64,000 nt of DNA from Chloroflexota bacterium (GCA_965261345.1 OZ253449.1:2240001-2304000), one strand, 5' to 3'; positions 17,235 through 28,057 are shown, numbered from the stretch's first letter. Translations and numbers: made by a program. The notes: a model not told the origin generated them from the sequence alone.

Positions 17235-20200
17235 GAGCCGAGCGAATTGTTGATTTGCTCACCCGCCGCGATGAATTTGCCGCCGCGATCGAAAGCGCCC
17301 TCGAGCCGGGCCAAAAGACGATCTGTTGCATGCGGCCAACCGGCGCGATGGTGGTCGCCAAACTGGTGGCGCAGGCCAAGGCCCCGCTGCTGCTGCTGGT
17401 CTCCGACGAGAACCGCGCCGAGGAACTGGTCCGCGAGCTCGAGTTGTGGGCGCCACGGCTGGACGTGCTCCATTTTCCGGCCGCCGACCACTATCTAAAT
17501 GCCCAGTCCGGCATCGATCACGCGATTCTGGCCGGCCGCTCGCAGGTGCTAAAGCGACTCACCTTAGCCCGCCTCAACCAAACCCAGTCAAGCAGCTTCC
17601 TGGTGATCGCCTCGGCCCGGGCGATCGCCCCCAAGCTCTGCCCGGTCGAAGAATTTGCCGAGCGTCTGCTCTCGCTGGCGCCGGGGATGCGGATCGAGCC
17701 GCGGCTGCTGGCCGAGCGCCTCCAGGAGCTCGGATACCGTCGGTCGCCGCTGGTGGAGGAACCGGGCGAATTCGTTCAACGCGGCGGACTCGTCGACTTT
17801 TTCCCGCCCGAGGCCAAGCTACCGATCCGGGTCGACTTTTTTGACGACGAAATTGAATCACTGCGCCATTTTGCGGTCGGCAGTCAACGATCCGAAAACC
17901 ACCTGGAGGCCTGGGAGGTCGGCTCGGCCACTGAGTACGCGGTCTGGTCCAGTCCGGAAGCGGCCGCTCAACTCTCGCAACTTGATGCCTCCGGGCTGCG
18001 TCGCGCTGACCAGGACCGCTTCGCCCGCGAAATAGCCCTGCTCGAGCACCAAGCGTTTTTTGACGCCGCCCCGTTCCTGCTCGGTTCGGCCCTTCCGCGC
18101 TTCAGCTGCCTGCTCGACTACGCCGCCGGCCTTGGCATGGCCATCGAAGAGCCGGATCTGGTGCGTTGGTCGCTGGCTGAATACTGCGGCACCGAGGCCC
18201 GGTTGCGCGCCGAAATGGTCGCCGATCGCCAGCTCCCGGCCGGCCTGGGTTCGCCTTTGTTTGACAGCCAATGGCTAAGTGATCGGTTCGGCGAGGCGGA
18301 ATTGACGATCACCCAGAGCCCGCCCGGTCCCAACGCGCCGGTGGTGACTGCGGCGACCGAGATGTCGGCCCCCGACAGCTACGGCGGGCGTCTACTGCAC
18401 ATGGCCCATGAACTCTCGCAATCGGGGATGGCCACGATACTGGCCAGCTACCAGGGCGATCGATTGCTCGAACTGCTAGTTGAGCATGGCGTCTGGGCCA
18501 AACGACTCGCCGACGCAACGATGCCGCTGCGGGCCGGTGACGTGGTGGTGGTCCGGGCCTCGCTCGCAAACGGCTGGCGTCATCGTTCGTTGAATCTGCA
18601 GCTACTTACCGATTCGGAAATCTTTGGGCGCCAGCGCCGCCAGAAACAGGCAACATTCCAACCGCATGCCGACGAAGACTTCCTGCTTGACCTGAGCCCG
18701 GGCGAACTGGTGGTTCACGTCGAGCAGGGTATCGGACGGTACCAGGGGGTGGTGCGGCTGGCGGATGCGGCCGGCGACCGCGAATACCTGCAAATCATCT
18801 ATGCCCAGGATGCCAAGCTCTACGTCCCGGTCGAGCAGATGGGGCGGATCCAGCGTTACGTGGCCGCCGGCGAGGCCACTCCCAAACTCTCGCGCTTGGG
18901 GACCGCCGACTGGAACCGGGCCAAGACCAAGGCGACGAAGGCGGCGCGCGACATTGCCGGCGAACTGTTGGAAATCTACGCCACCCGCGAAACCAGCACC
19001 GGCCATCGCTTCGGCCCCGACTCGGATTGGCAGGTTGCTATGGAGCAGGCCTTCCCGTTCGTGGAAACACCCGATCAACTCTCGGCCATCGAGGCAGTAA
19101 AGGCCGACATGGAGGCCGATCGGCCAATGGATCGGTTGATCTGCGGCGATGTCGGTTTCGGTAAGACCGAGGTCGCCGTCCGGGCCTCGTTCAAGGCGGC
19201 CCACGAGGGCAAGCAGGTGGCAGTTCTGGTCCCGACCACCATCCTGGCCCAGCAGCACTTTGATACGTTTGGCGACCGATTGCAGGAATTCCCGATGCGG
19301 GTGGCCATGCTCTCGCGCTTCCAGACCCCGGGCGAGCAGAAACGGGTGGTCTCCGAAATTGCCTCCGGCAACGTTGATGTCGTAATCGGCACCCACCGGC
19401 TGCTCTCACGCGATATCAAGTTCGCCGACCTCGGGTTGGTGGTTGTCGATGAAGAACAGCGTTTCGGGGTATCGCAAAAGGAAAAACTAAAAAAAATGCG
19501 CGCTGATGTGGACATCCTTACCCTGACCGCCACCCCGATTCCGCGCACCCTGCACATGGCCCTTACCGAGGTTCGTGACATCTCGGTGATCGAGTCGCCG
19601 CCGCACAATCGCCGGCCGGTCAAGTCCTACGTGACCGGTTATTCCGAGGATGTGGTCCGAGAAGCGATCGAATCGGAGTTGGCCCGCGGCGGGCAGGTGT
19701 TCTTCGTTCACAACCGCGTCAACTCCATCTATGGGGCCGCCACCAGGGTGCGCAAGATTTGTCCCGCCGCCCGGGTGGCGGTCGCCCACGGACAGATGCC
19801 GGCCAACGCCCTGGAATCGACGATGGTTGAATTTGCCTCCGGTCAGAGCGACGTTTTGGTCTGCACCGCGATCATCGAGAACGGGGTCGATCTTCCCAAC
19901 GTAAATACCCTGATAGTCGACGAATGCTGGATGTTCGGCTTGGCCCAGCTGTACCAGTTGCGCGGGCGGGTGGGGCGTTCGGCGACCCAGGCCTATGCCT
20001 ATTTCCTCTACACCCGCGAGGACCGACTGACTGAATCCGCGCAGCAGCGCTTGCAGGCGGTGCTTGAGGCCAATGACCTGGGCGCGGGTCTGCGATTGGC
20101 AATGCGCGACCTGCAGATCCGCGGGGCCGGTGACATGCTGGGCGCCAACCAATCCGGGTTTGCCAACTCGGTGGGCCTCTATATGTACCTGCAAATGGTT

Positions 20201-20713
20201 CGCGATGCGGTCCGGGAATCAAAGAACGACGGGTCGGCCCCCGAACGCAAACAGCACATCACCCCGGTCGATCTTCCGCTGGCAGCCTACATTCCGGACG
20301 AGTATGCCGGTACTTATGCCGCCAAACTGCGCGAATACCAACGCCTGGTACGGGCGATCTCAGTTAGTGATGTTGAAGCGGTGGCCGACGGGTTGCGCGA
20401 GCGGTTCGGCGAATTTCCCGCGGCGGTCGCCAATCTGGTCTACGTGGCCCGGGTGCGGGCGCGGGCCACCGCCCTTGGAATCAATTCGATCGCCACCACT
20501 GGTGGCGATCTCTCTATCCGGGTCGATGGGCAATTTGCTATCGATCGCTCCGACCTTCGGCGAACCCTAGGCTGGGATGCCCGGGTCGGGCAGATGGGAA
20601 TTGTCTGGCCCGATTTCGAATCGGCGCCGGACTGGCGCGACAAGCTGCTCTCCTGCATGGAACGGCTGGCCGCTCGCAGGGGATCGGTCAATCCGGCCCC
20701 CGCCAAGGCCTAA
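17231..20713 (+). CDS. mfd: Transcription-repair coupling factor
   Basis: UvrB-like N-terminus, CarD/RID domain, GDVGFGKTEVA, DEEQRFGV, QLRGRVGR, TRCF C-terminus. Confidence 0.97.
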   Translation: MRAERIVDLLTRRDEFAAAIESALEPGQKTICCMRPTGAMVVAKLVAQAKAPLLLLVSDENRAEELVRELELWAPRLDVLHFPAADHYLNAQSGIDHAILAGRSQVLKRLTLARLNQTQSSSFLVIASARAIAPKLCPVEEFAERLLSLAPGMRIEPRLLAERLQELGYRRSPLVEEPGEFVQRGGLVDFFPPEAKLPIRVDFFDDEIESLRHFAVGSQRSENHLEAWEVGSATEYAVWSSPEAAAQLSQLDASGLRRADQDRFAREIALLEHQAFFDAAPFLLGSALPRFSCLLDYAAGLGMAIEEPDLVRWSLAEYCGTEARLRAEMVADRQLPAGLGSPLFDSQWLSDRFGEAELTITQSPPGPNAPVVTAATEMSAPDSYGGRLLHMAHELSQSGMATILASYQGDRLLELLVEHGVWAKRLADATMPLRAGDVVVVRASLANGWRHRSLNLQLLTDSEIFGRQRRQKQATFQPHADEDFLLDLSPGELVVHVEQGIGRYQGVVRLADAAGDREYLQIIYAQDAKLYVPVEQMGRIQRYVAAGEATPKLSRLGTADWNRAKTKATKAARDIAGELLEIYATRETSTGHRFGPDSDWQVAMEQAFPFVETPDQLSAIEAVKADMEADRPMDRLICGDVGFGKTEVAVRASFKAAHEGKQVAVLVPTTILAQQHFDTFGDRLQEFPMRVAMLSRFQTPGEQKRVVSEIASGNVDVVIGTHRLLSRDIKFADLGLVVVDEEQRFGVSQKEKLKKMRADVDILTLTATPIPRTLHMALTEVRDISVIESPPHNRRPVKSYVTGYSEDVVREAIESELARGGQVFFVHNRVNSIYGAATRVRKICPAARVAVAHGQMPANALESTMVEFASGQSDVLVCTAIIENGVDLPNVNTLIVDECWMFGLAQLYQLRGRVGRSATQAYAYFLYTREDRLTESAQQRLQAVLEANDLGAGLRLAMRDLQIRGAGDMLGANQSGFANSVGLYMYLQMVRDAVRESKNDGSAPERKQHITPVDLPLAAYIPDEYAGTYAAKLREYQRLVRAISVSDVEAVADGLRERFGEFPAAVANLVYVARVRARATALGINSIATTGGDLSIRVDGQFAIDRSDLRRTLGWDARVGQMGIVWPDFESAPDWRDKLLSCMERLAARRGSVNPAPAKA

Positions 20714-20782
20714 CCGAACCCGCCGCGCATGCGTCTGTTATTGTTGTTTGCTTTGAGGGACGCCGAGGCTAGAGGAGTTTCG

Positions 20783-20890
20783 ATGAGCGCGCCGGCGGTC
20801 AATAAAATCCCGCGGCCACAGTTATTTCAGTGCTGCCCGCACCGAACCGAAACCCACCAAATTATTAAGTTCAAGAACAGCCTGCCCTAG
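20783..20890 (+). CDS. Putative 35-aa upstream ORF abutting topA
   Basis: AGAGGAG at 20771-20777, ATG 20783, MSAPAVNKIPRPQLFQCCPHRTETHQIIKFKNSLP, TAG 20888-20890 directly followed by the topA ATG. Confidence 0.35.
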   Translation: MSAPAVNKIPRPQLFQCCPHRTETHQIIKFKNSLP

Positions 20891-23284
20891 ATGGCCCAAC
20901 GTCGCAAGACCCCCAAATCGCCGCCCGGCAAATCCAAAGCGGCGCCCAATCTCGTAATCGTTGAATCGCGCACCAAGGCCCAGACGATCAAGCGCTACCT
21001 GGGCAAGGACTATCAGGTCCTGGCCTCGGTTGGGCACGTTCGCGATCTCCCCAAGAGCAACCTCGGCGTCGACTTAGAAAACGGGTTTTCGCCGACTTAT
21101 GTCGTACCGCGCGACAAGCAGAAGACGGTCACTCAGATCCGCAAGGCCGCCGCCGAATCACAGACTGTGCTGCTAGCCACCGACCCGGATCGCGAAGGTG
21201 AGGCGATCGCCTGGCACCTGATGGCGGCGGCCAATTTGGATGCTGACAAGACCAGCCGGATCCGGTTTCATGAAATCACCAAGTCGGCGGTCGCTGAGGC
21301 GCTGGCCGCCCCGCGGGCGGTAGACAATGATTTGGTGGCCGCCCAGCAGGCGCGTCGGGTTCTGGACCGCCTGGTGGGATTTACGATTTCGCCAATTCTG
21401 CGGCGGCGCATCCCCGGCGGGCGATCGGCCGGTCGGGTTCAGAGCGTTGCCCTGCGGATCGTAGTAGATCGCGAAATTCAGCGCCGCGCCTTCATCCCGG
21501 TAGATTGGTGGACGTTGTCTGGTTCGTTTGGCCGCAAAGACGGCGAGAGCGCTGAGTTTGAAGCCGCCCTGTATGCGAAGGGGTCAGAACTGAAACTGGA
21601 TTCGCAGGCCGCTGCCGACACCACCCTGGCGGATCTGAGCACAACCGGCTACACCGTTTCCGACCGCAAAATTTCCGACCGGCAGCTGCGTCCACTAGCC
21701 CCCTTTACGACCGCCAGCCTGCAGCGGGCGGCCTCCAACCGGCTGGGTCTTTCTCCGTCGCAAACGATGCGGATCGCGCAAGGCCTTTACGAGGGAGTCC
21801 GGGTTGCCGGGCGCGGGCAGATCGGCCTGATCACCTATATGCGAACCGACTCGGTTTCCGTTTCGGGGCAGGCGTTGGGAGCGGCGCGAAATTACATCGA
21901 GTCCGAATTTGGCTCGGAAGACCTCCCGGCCAAGCCCAATTTTTACAAGACTCGTACCCGCAACGCCCAAGAGGCCCATGAGGCGATCCGACCGACTGAG
22001 GCCAACCTTGCCCCGACGATGGTTGCCGATGCCTTAAATTCCGACCAGCTCCGTCTTTACGATCTCATCTGGCGGCAATTTATTGCAAGCCAGATGATCC
22101 CGGCCACATCCCGGCGAGCGGTCTGTGACATTGCCGCCGATTCGGCTAGCGGACTGTTCTTCCGGGTCGGCGCATCACGGGTGGTAACGCCGGGGCATCT
22201 CCGGGTGGCCGGCTACGGACCGCGCATCGACCAAGCCGAATCGGATCGTTTCGATTGCTTGACGCAGCTGGAGACCGGCGCCCGACTAAAGCTCTTTGCG
22301 GCCGAGATTGCCAAGCACACGTCGGAACCGCCCTCGCGCTATAGCGAGGCGGGTCTGATCCGGGTGCTCGAAGACGAGGGGATCGGCCGACCCAGCACCT
22401 ACGCCTCGATAATTCGCACACTCAAGGACCGCGAATACGTAACCACCGAGCGCCGGACCATGATCCCGACCCAAACCGGCGAGTTCGTGACCACTGCAAT
22501 GTCCGAATTCTTCGCCGACATCGTCGATATCGCTTTTACCGCCCGGATGGAAGCCGAACTCGACCGTGTCGCCCGCGGCGAACGCGGTTGGGTTGAGGCC
22601 ACTGGGGAATTCTGGGGAAGATTGGATGCCGATTTGAACAACGCCCGCGAAAACCTAAAGAAACCGGTCGCCGACAAGCCGATCGACGAAGAGTGCCCGA
22701 AATGCTCCAAGGGGTTGGTCCAGCGACTGGGCCGCAACGGCATGTTCATCGGATGCAGCGGGTTCCCCGAATGCCGCTACACCCGCAACATCGAGGGCGC
22801 CGAGGAGGAAGACTCAAAGCCGGAAGAACTAAACGAAAAGTGCCCGGACTGCGAGTCGGAACTCGTCTACAAACAGGGGCGCTTTGGCAAGTTCATCGGG
22901 TGCAGCAACTATCCCGAGTGCCGCTACACGCGGCAGATTCTCCAGCCGATTGGAGTGGATTGCCCCCAGTGCGATGACGGCGAACTAGTGGTGAAGAAGA
23001 CTCGCCGCGGAAGAATCTTCTATGGTTGCCAACGCTATCCGGACTGCGATTACTCAACCTGGCAAGACCCGCGGCGCACTCCCGCCGGGGCCGCCGACCG
23101 ACCGGCCAAATCGTCGACTGAGTCAAACGGGCAATCCGAACCGGCTGCCAAGATCGGTTCCTGCCCCCAATGCGGCAAGGACCTAAATCTGAAACGCGGA
23201 CGCTATGGCGAATTCGTCGGGTGCAGTGGGTTCCCTAAATGCCGCTTTACCGGCAAACCAGCCGACTTTGCGGCCGCCGGATAG
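20891..23284 (+). CDS. topA: DNA topoisomerase I
   Basis: LVIVES, ATDPDREGE (TOPRIM), SAGRVQS, LITYMRTDS (catalytic Tyr), GIGRPSTY, four C4 zinc-ribbon repeats. Confidence 0.97.
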   Translation: MAQRRKTPKSPPGKSKAAPNLVIVESRTKAQTIKRYLGKDYQVLASVGHVRDLPKSNLGVDLENGFSPTYVVPRDKQKTVTQIRKAAAESQTVLLATDPDREGEAIAWHLMAAANLDADKTSRIRFHEITKSAVAEALAAPRAVDNDLVAAQQARRVLDRLVGFTISPILRRRIPGGRSAGRVQSVALRIVVDREIQRRAFIPVDWWTLSGSFGRKDGESAEFEAALYAKGSELKLDSQAAADTTLADLSTTGYTVSDRKISDRQLRPLAPFTTASLQRAASNRLGLSPSQTMRIAQGLYEGVRVAGRGQIGLITYMRTDSVSVSGQALGAARNYIESEFGSEDLPAKPNFYKTRTRNAQEAHEAIRPTEANLAPTMVADALNSDQLRLYDLIWRQFIASQMIPATSRRAVCDIAADSASGLFFRVGASRVVTPGHLRVAGYGPRIDQAESDRFDCLTQLETGARLKLFAAEIAKHTSEPPSRYSEAGLIRVLEDEGIGRPSTYASIIRTLKDREYVTTERRTMIPTQTGEFVTTAMSEFFADIVDIAFTARMEAELDRVARGERGWVEATGEFWGRLDADLNNARENLKKPVADKPIDEECPKCSKGLVQRLGRNGMFIGCSGFPECRYTRNIEGAEEEDSKPEELNEKCPDCESELVYKQGRFGKFIGCSNYPECRYTRQILQPIGVDCPQCDDGELVVKKTRRGRIFYGCQRYPDCDYSTWQDPRRTPAGAADRPAKSSTESNGQSEPAAKIGSCPQCGKDLNLKRGRYGEFVGCSGFPKCRFTGKPADFAAAG

Positions 23285-23334
23285 GAATACCTGATCCCAT
23301 AAAGTCGTTGCGGAAGCTGGACTACACCCCTGCG

Positions 23335-23472
23335 CCGCTACCCCAGACGGCAACGAAGTCCGGGGCCAAACCTGGCGGCGACAAAGCCTGTAAGCGAGCG
23401 CTTGATCGGCGACGCTTAAGTACAGGAATTTGCCGCCGGGCGGAACCGGAACCGTGGTCTGGAAGCGGGGTA
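23335..23472 (+). ncRNA. Candidate rod-like structured RNA between convergent topA and dinG
   Basis: Nested complementary segments: CCGCT/AGCGG, CCAGAC/GTCTGG, TCCGG/CCGGA, CCTGGCGGCG/TGCCGCCGGG, CCTGTA/TACAGG, AGCG/CGCT. Confidence 0.3.
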
Positions 23473-23557
23473 ACCCGGGCCAAGTCGGGCGCGCCCTTCT
23501 TCGGGTTCGCCCAAAAGGCCGTGCTGGGCGCTCGCTAAACCCCATACTCCATCTGGA

Positions 23558-25579
23558 TCAGCGGCCGCTCCGGAGCGGCGCCAGATGTGCCGCCACTTCG
23601 TCGATGCTGCGGGTTATCCGCAGGTCCGGCAGGCTTCGCAGCAGCCAGTTGCCGTAACGCCTGGTAAGGATCCGGTCTTCGAGCAGCGCCAGCACTCCGA
23701 TGTCCGATCGGCTGCGGATCAAGCGCCCAAAACCCTGTTTTAGATCAATTGCCGTAAGCGGGAGCGAGAGCGCCCCAAAAGATGATCCGTTCTGCTGCTC
23801 GATCGCCCGGCAACGGGCCGCAAACACCGGGTCGGACGGCGCCGGGAAGGGCAGGCGGTCGATTACCACCATAGCCAGCGCCTCACCGCGGATGTCAACG
23901 CCCTGCCAGAAACCCTTGGTGGCAAACAGGACGGCGTTCTGGGAGCGCCGAAATCTGCTCAGCAGGTGTCGCGTCGACGCCTGACCCTGCAGCAGACAGG
24001 TCCGGTCGGGCAGGGCCGGCTCCACCAGGCGGTGGAATTGGCGCATCCGGCGCAGGCTGGTGCAGAGCATGAATACGCCGCCAGGGCAGGAATTGACCAG
24101 CTGAACAATCTGGTCGGCGATCGGGCCCAGTTCGGCCTCCCCGGCGCCAACCCGCGGCGGCGGCATACTGGCGGGAACATACAGCAGCGCCTGGCGCTGC
24201 AGGTCGAACGGGCTTTCGATCTGCCGCTCGATCGCATTTGTCAATCCGATTCGCGAGCGCGCGAACTCAAAATTGCCGGCCGTAGCCAGGGTCGCCGAGG
24301 TCAATGTCACCGAGGCCGCCAGGCGATCGGGGCCAAACATCCGATCTGCCAGGATCGGGGCCACACTAAGCGGGGTGGCGATCATCCCGTAATGATCCTG
24401 GCGGTCGGGTTGGAGGTGGAATATGTAGTCGGGGTCGTGATCGCCGAGCACGTAATTTAGCGCTTCGAGCAGGTCCTGGATCGAGGCGAGCACCGGCACC
24501 AGCGGACCGAACTTGGGATCTTCGGTTTCAACCGATTCGCGCAGCGAGCGCGCGACCAGGTCCAGGCTGGATATAAGTGAGCTCGCCTGGTCGCTAATGA
24601 AATCCACGAAACGGTCACGCGATTCGGCATCGATTGAGACCTGACGCCGGTAAGGGCCATCTGTGCTCCCGCCCGCCAAGTCGGTAACGTAACGGTCGAG
24701 GCGATTAAAGAACGGCTCGGCGGCGATGTCGAGCCCCCCGGCCGGTGGCATCCGCAGGCCGGTCAGTGCCCGGGCGGTCCGCAGGTTGCGCGCCAGCCGC
24801 TGCCAACGCGCGCGAGTGATTTCGATCGAGAAGGCCGAGGAAGCAAACGATTCAAGCTGATGGGCCTCGTCGATTACGGCAACGTCGTGCGGTGGTAGCA
24901 GCGGATCCGCCCCCTGCTGATAGGAGTTGATTGCGGCCAGATAAAGCGCCTGATTGGTCACGATCACGTCGGCCGAACGGGCCTTCTGGCGCACCGCCGT
25001 TACGTGACACTCAGCATATAGCTGGCAGCGTTCGCCGTGGCACATATCGCCGGCTCCGTTGATCTTGGACAGGAGCGGGTCGGATGGGGGGACATTGCCC
25101 AATTCGGCAAAATCGCCGGTCTGGGTCGTTTGTGACCAGGTTGCGACTTCGGCAAGCAGCTCCCGCCGCCCGCCCGCACCAAGATCTTCGAGAGTGAGTT
25201 GACCGCCGTGCAGCTGCGCAAATTTGTATTTACATAAATAATTGGCGGCGCCCTTGAGGTTGGCGACCACAAGGTCATTTCGACCAAGGGCGGCGGCGAT
25301 CAGCGGGAGGTCTTTTTCAACCAGCTGATCTTGCAATGCCCGGGTGGCGGTTGCCACCCACAACCTCTTGCCGAGCAAGATCGCCGGAGCAACGTAGGCA
25401 AATGTCTTTCCGGTTCCGGTACCGGCCTCCACGAGCAGGTCATCTCCGGCGGCAATCGCATCGGCGACTGCCTTGGCCATCTGGATTTGGCCGGCGCGGG
25501 GTTCAAACTGCTCCCCGAGGACCCTGGCGAATCGCCCTTGCGGGCCAAACACCGAGTCGAGGTCAGGTCCGCCGACCAT
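23558..25579 (-). CDS. ATP-dependent DNA helicase, DinG/YoaA family
   Basis: EAGTGTGKT, Fe-S cysteines (NYLC, C....C.....C), IDEAH, TSATL, FWQGVD, QGFGRLIR. Confidence 0.93.
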   Translation of the reverse strand: MVGGPDLDSVFGPQGRFARVLGEQFEPRAGQIQMAKAVADAIAAGDDLLVEAGTGTGKTFAYVAPAILLGKRLWVATATRALQDQLVEKDLPLIAAALGRNDLVVANLKGAANYLCKYKFAQLHGGQLTLEDLGAGGRRELLAEVATWSQTTQTGDFAELGNVPPSDPLLSKINGAGDMCHGERCQLYAECHVTAVRQKARSADVIVTNQALYLAAINSYQQGADPLLPPHDVAVIDEAHQLESFASSAFSIEITRARWQRLARNLRTARALTGLRMPPAGGLDIAAEPFFNRLDRYVTDLAGGSTDGPYRRQVSIDAESRDRFVDFISDQASSLISSLDLVARSLRESVETEDPKFGPLVPVLASIQDLLEALNYVLGDHDPDYIFHLQPDRQDHYGMIATPLSVAPILADRMFGPDRLAASVTLTSATLATAGNFEFARSRIGLTNAIERQIESPFDLQRQALLYVPASMPPPRVGAGEAELGPIADQIVQLVNSCPGGVFMLCTSLRRMRQFHRLVEPALPDRTCLLQGQASTRHLLSRFRRSQNAVLFATKGFWQGVDIRGEALAMVVIDRLPFPAPSDPVFAARCRAIEQQNGSSFGALSLPLTAIDLKQGFGRLIRSRSDIGVLALLEDRILTRRYGNWLLRSLPDLRITRSIDEVAAHLAPLRSGR

Positions 25580-25621
25580 CAGCCGGTGAGGACCTGAGCT
25601 GAGGGAACCGCGGGCGGGCGG

Positions 25622-28057
25622 TTAGTCCGAATCGATCTGAACCGAAATGGACTGGGCGATTGAATCAATCGCTGAGCCAATGTGAATCTGGTGCGGGCCG
25701 CAGTGCAGCGTCCAGCCGCGCGTGCCGGGGTCCCAAAACGAGAACGACCGGTCATTGAATTCAAGCTCGACCGCTCCGGTTTCGCCGGGATCCAACTCGA
25801 TCCGGGCGAATGCCCCCAGTTCCCGGCGCGGGCGGAACACCGGCCCTGCCGGCGACTCAATATAAGCCTGGACCACCTGCGCGCCGCGGCGGTCTCCGTT
25901 GTTGGTCACGTCCACTTCAATCCGCAGGTAACCGCCCGGGCCGTGCGAGCAAATTCGTGGGTTCCCGATTTGGAAGGTTGTATAGGAAAGCCCGTGACCG
26001 AAGCGGTATCGGGCCGGCAGTTGGCGGGTGTCGAAATGGCGATAGCCCATCAACAATCCCTCGCCGTAGCGGACCTCGCCGGATTCGCCCGGAAAATTTC
26101 CAAATGAAGGCGAATGTTCGATCCGCAACGGGATGGTTGTCGGCAGTCGTCCGGATGGGTTGACAGCCCCGCTGATAACGTCGGTCAGGGCATTTGCCAA
26201 TTCCTGGCCGCCAAACCAGCATTGCAAGATCGCGGGTACGCTCTCGTCCCAGGCCATCGTCACCGGTGAGGCGGCATTGATAACCACCACGGTGTTGGGA
26301 TTGGCCTGGGCGACCCGCAAAATCAGTTCGTCCTGGCCACAGGGAAGGTTCATGTCGGGGCGGTCTACGCCCTCGCTCTCAAAGTCCTCGTTATTGCCAA
26401 CCACAACGATTGCGATATCGGCAGCGCGCGCCGATTTGACCGCGGCCTCGAGCATGTCGGCCGGCAGTGGCGGCCGCAACCCCACCCGGGCCGCCCGAAA
26501 CATGGGGGCGCCTTGCCCGAGATAATCGATGTGTATTTTGTGCTGTCCCGCGGACAGCACCAAATCCTCTATCGCCTCGATACTTCCAAACCCGAAATAA
26601 GACTCACCGGGTGGGAGCGGCGCATTGATACCGTCAATTACGACCTTGCCATCAACCGACACGCGGGTCTGCCCCACCTGGTAGAGCGACAGCTGGTAGG
26701 TTCCCGCAATATCTGCGTTAAATATCGCGCTGGCGCGGGCGCGGATCAACGACCCATTGGGATTGGGCGCAAAGTCCAAAAATTCCGACCGTGAAACCGT
26801 TTCGGTACGGCTTACCGCTCCGTCAGCGTCGAGATATTCAACCCTCATGCCCGCGCCTCCGTCCGGGGATTGCAGGTTGGGCGCCTCAATCGTCGGCAAG
26901 AATTTGCCGACCCAGACACCCGGCGAATATTCGACCGTGCTACCTGGTCCGAGCGCCGCTCGCAGGCTGCCGGGCAGATCGATCCGGTAATGTGGCTGTA
27001 GCTGCGCCGATCCGCCGCCGTAGAGCTGAAGGCGGCCGGCATTGTGGCCGATGAGGGCTACTTTTTTTCCGCCGGCCAGCGGCAATAGATCCCCATCATT
27101 TTTTAAAAGTACGATGGCCTCGGCCGCCGCCCGGCGAATGATCTGGCGATGTTCGGGCAGATCGACCTCGTTTTCATGGTCGATCATCGGGCCTTCAAAT
27201 CCACCGACCCGCTCGATCAGCTGCAGGATCCGGGAGGCTTGCTCATCGACCAACCCCGGATCGACGTCGCCAGTATCGACCGCGGCGGCCAACGCTGGAC
27301 CGAAAAATCGCGGCGGACCGGGCATCTCAACATCGAGCCCGGCGTTGGACGATTCGACCGTGTCGACGGCCGAAAACCAATCGGTCATGACGATCCCGTC
27401 GAACCCCCACTCCTCCCGGAGCAGGTCGCGCAAGAGCCACCCATTGGCGGTGCAGAAAGTGCCGTTGAGGCGGTTGTAGGCGGTCATGACCCCCCAGACA
27501 CCAGCTTCTTTAACTGCCGCTTCGAAGGGCGGCAGGTAGAGTTCGCGCAGGGTCCGCTCATCGATGACGGAGTTGATGGTCATGCGCTCGAACTCAGCGT
27601 CGTTTCCGACAAAATGCTTAATGACGCAGGCAACGCGTTCCGACTGGACGCCGCGGATGTATGCGACCGCCATCCTCGCCGAGAGGAAGGGGTCTTCCGA
27701 ATAGCATTCGAAATTCCGCCCGTAGAGCGGGGAGCGATGAAGGTTTACGGTCGGGGCCAGCAGAACCGAACAGGATTTGGTCTTGGATTCCTGGCCAAGT
27801 GCAACGCCGATCCGTTCAACCAGGGCCGGGTTCCAGGTCGCCCCCAGAGCCGATCCGCAGGGGAAGCACGCCGAAGTTTTGCCCAACCCGAATATGCCGG
27901 CACCGCGCGCGCCGTTGGGCCCGTCGGTAACTTTCAGGCCGGGAACGCCCAGGCGCTCTATTCCCTGCATGAACCACATTGATTCTCCGGATGTGAGGGC
28001 GGCCTTTTCCGCGATGGTCAGGGCGCGAACGATATCGGGGCGGGGTCGATTGTTCAC
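25622..28057 (-). CDS. GH3 beta-glucosidase with PA14-like insertion and Fn3-like C-terminus
   Basis: TDGPNGARG, GRNFECYSEDP, KHFV, MTAYN, VMTDW nucleophile, ESEG.DR, FGHGLSYT. Confidence 0.95.
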   Translation of the reverse strand: MNNRPRPDIVRALTIAEKAALTSGESMWFMQGIERLGVPGLKVTDGPNGARGAGIFGLGKTSACFPCGSALGATWNPALVERIGVALGQESKTKSCSVLLAPTVNLHRSPLYGRNFECYSEDPFLSARMAVAYIRGVQSERVACVIKHFVGNDAEFERMTINSVIDERTLRELYLPPFEAAVKEAGVWGVMTAYNRLNGTFCTANGWLLRDLLREEWGFDGIVMTDWFSAVDTVESSNAGLDVEMPGPPRFFGPALAAAVDTGDVDPGLVDEQASRILQLIERVGGFEGPMIDHENEVDLPEHRQIIRRAAAEAIVLLKNDGDLLPLAGGKKVALIGHNAGRLQLYGGGSAQLQPHYRIDLPGSLRAALGPGSTVEYSPGVWVGKFLPTIEAPNLQSPDGGAGMRVEYLDADGAVSRTETVSRSEFLDFAPNPNGSLIRARASAIFNADIAGTYQLSLYQVGQTRVSVDGKVVIDGINAPLPPGESYFGFGSIEAIEDLVLSAGQHKIHIDYLGQGAPMFRAARVGLRPPLPADMLEAAVKSARAADIAIVVVGNNEDFESEGVDRPDMNLPCGQDELILRVAQANPNTVVVINAASPVTMAWDESVPAILQCWFGGQELANALTDVISGAVNPSGRLPTTIPLRIEHSPSFGNFPGESGEVRYGEGLLMGYRHFDTRQLPARYRFGHGLSYTTFQIGNPRICSHGPGGYLRIEVDVTNNGDRRGAQVVQAYIESPAGPVFRPRRELGAFARIELDPGETGAVELEFNDRSFSFWDPGTRGWTLHCGPHQIHIGSAIDSIAQSISVQIDSD

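Noticed and set aside
23558-25579. DinG as part of a type IV CRISPR or other defence system
   Set aside because: Ordinary Fe-S YoaA-type helicase; no cas genes or repeat-spacer array seen in the window.
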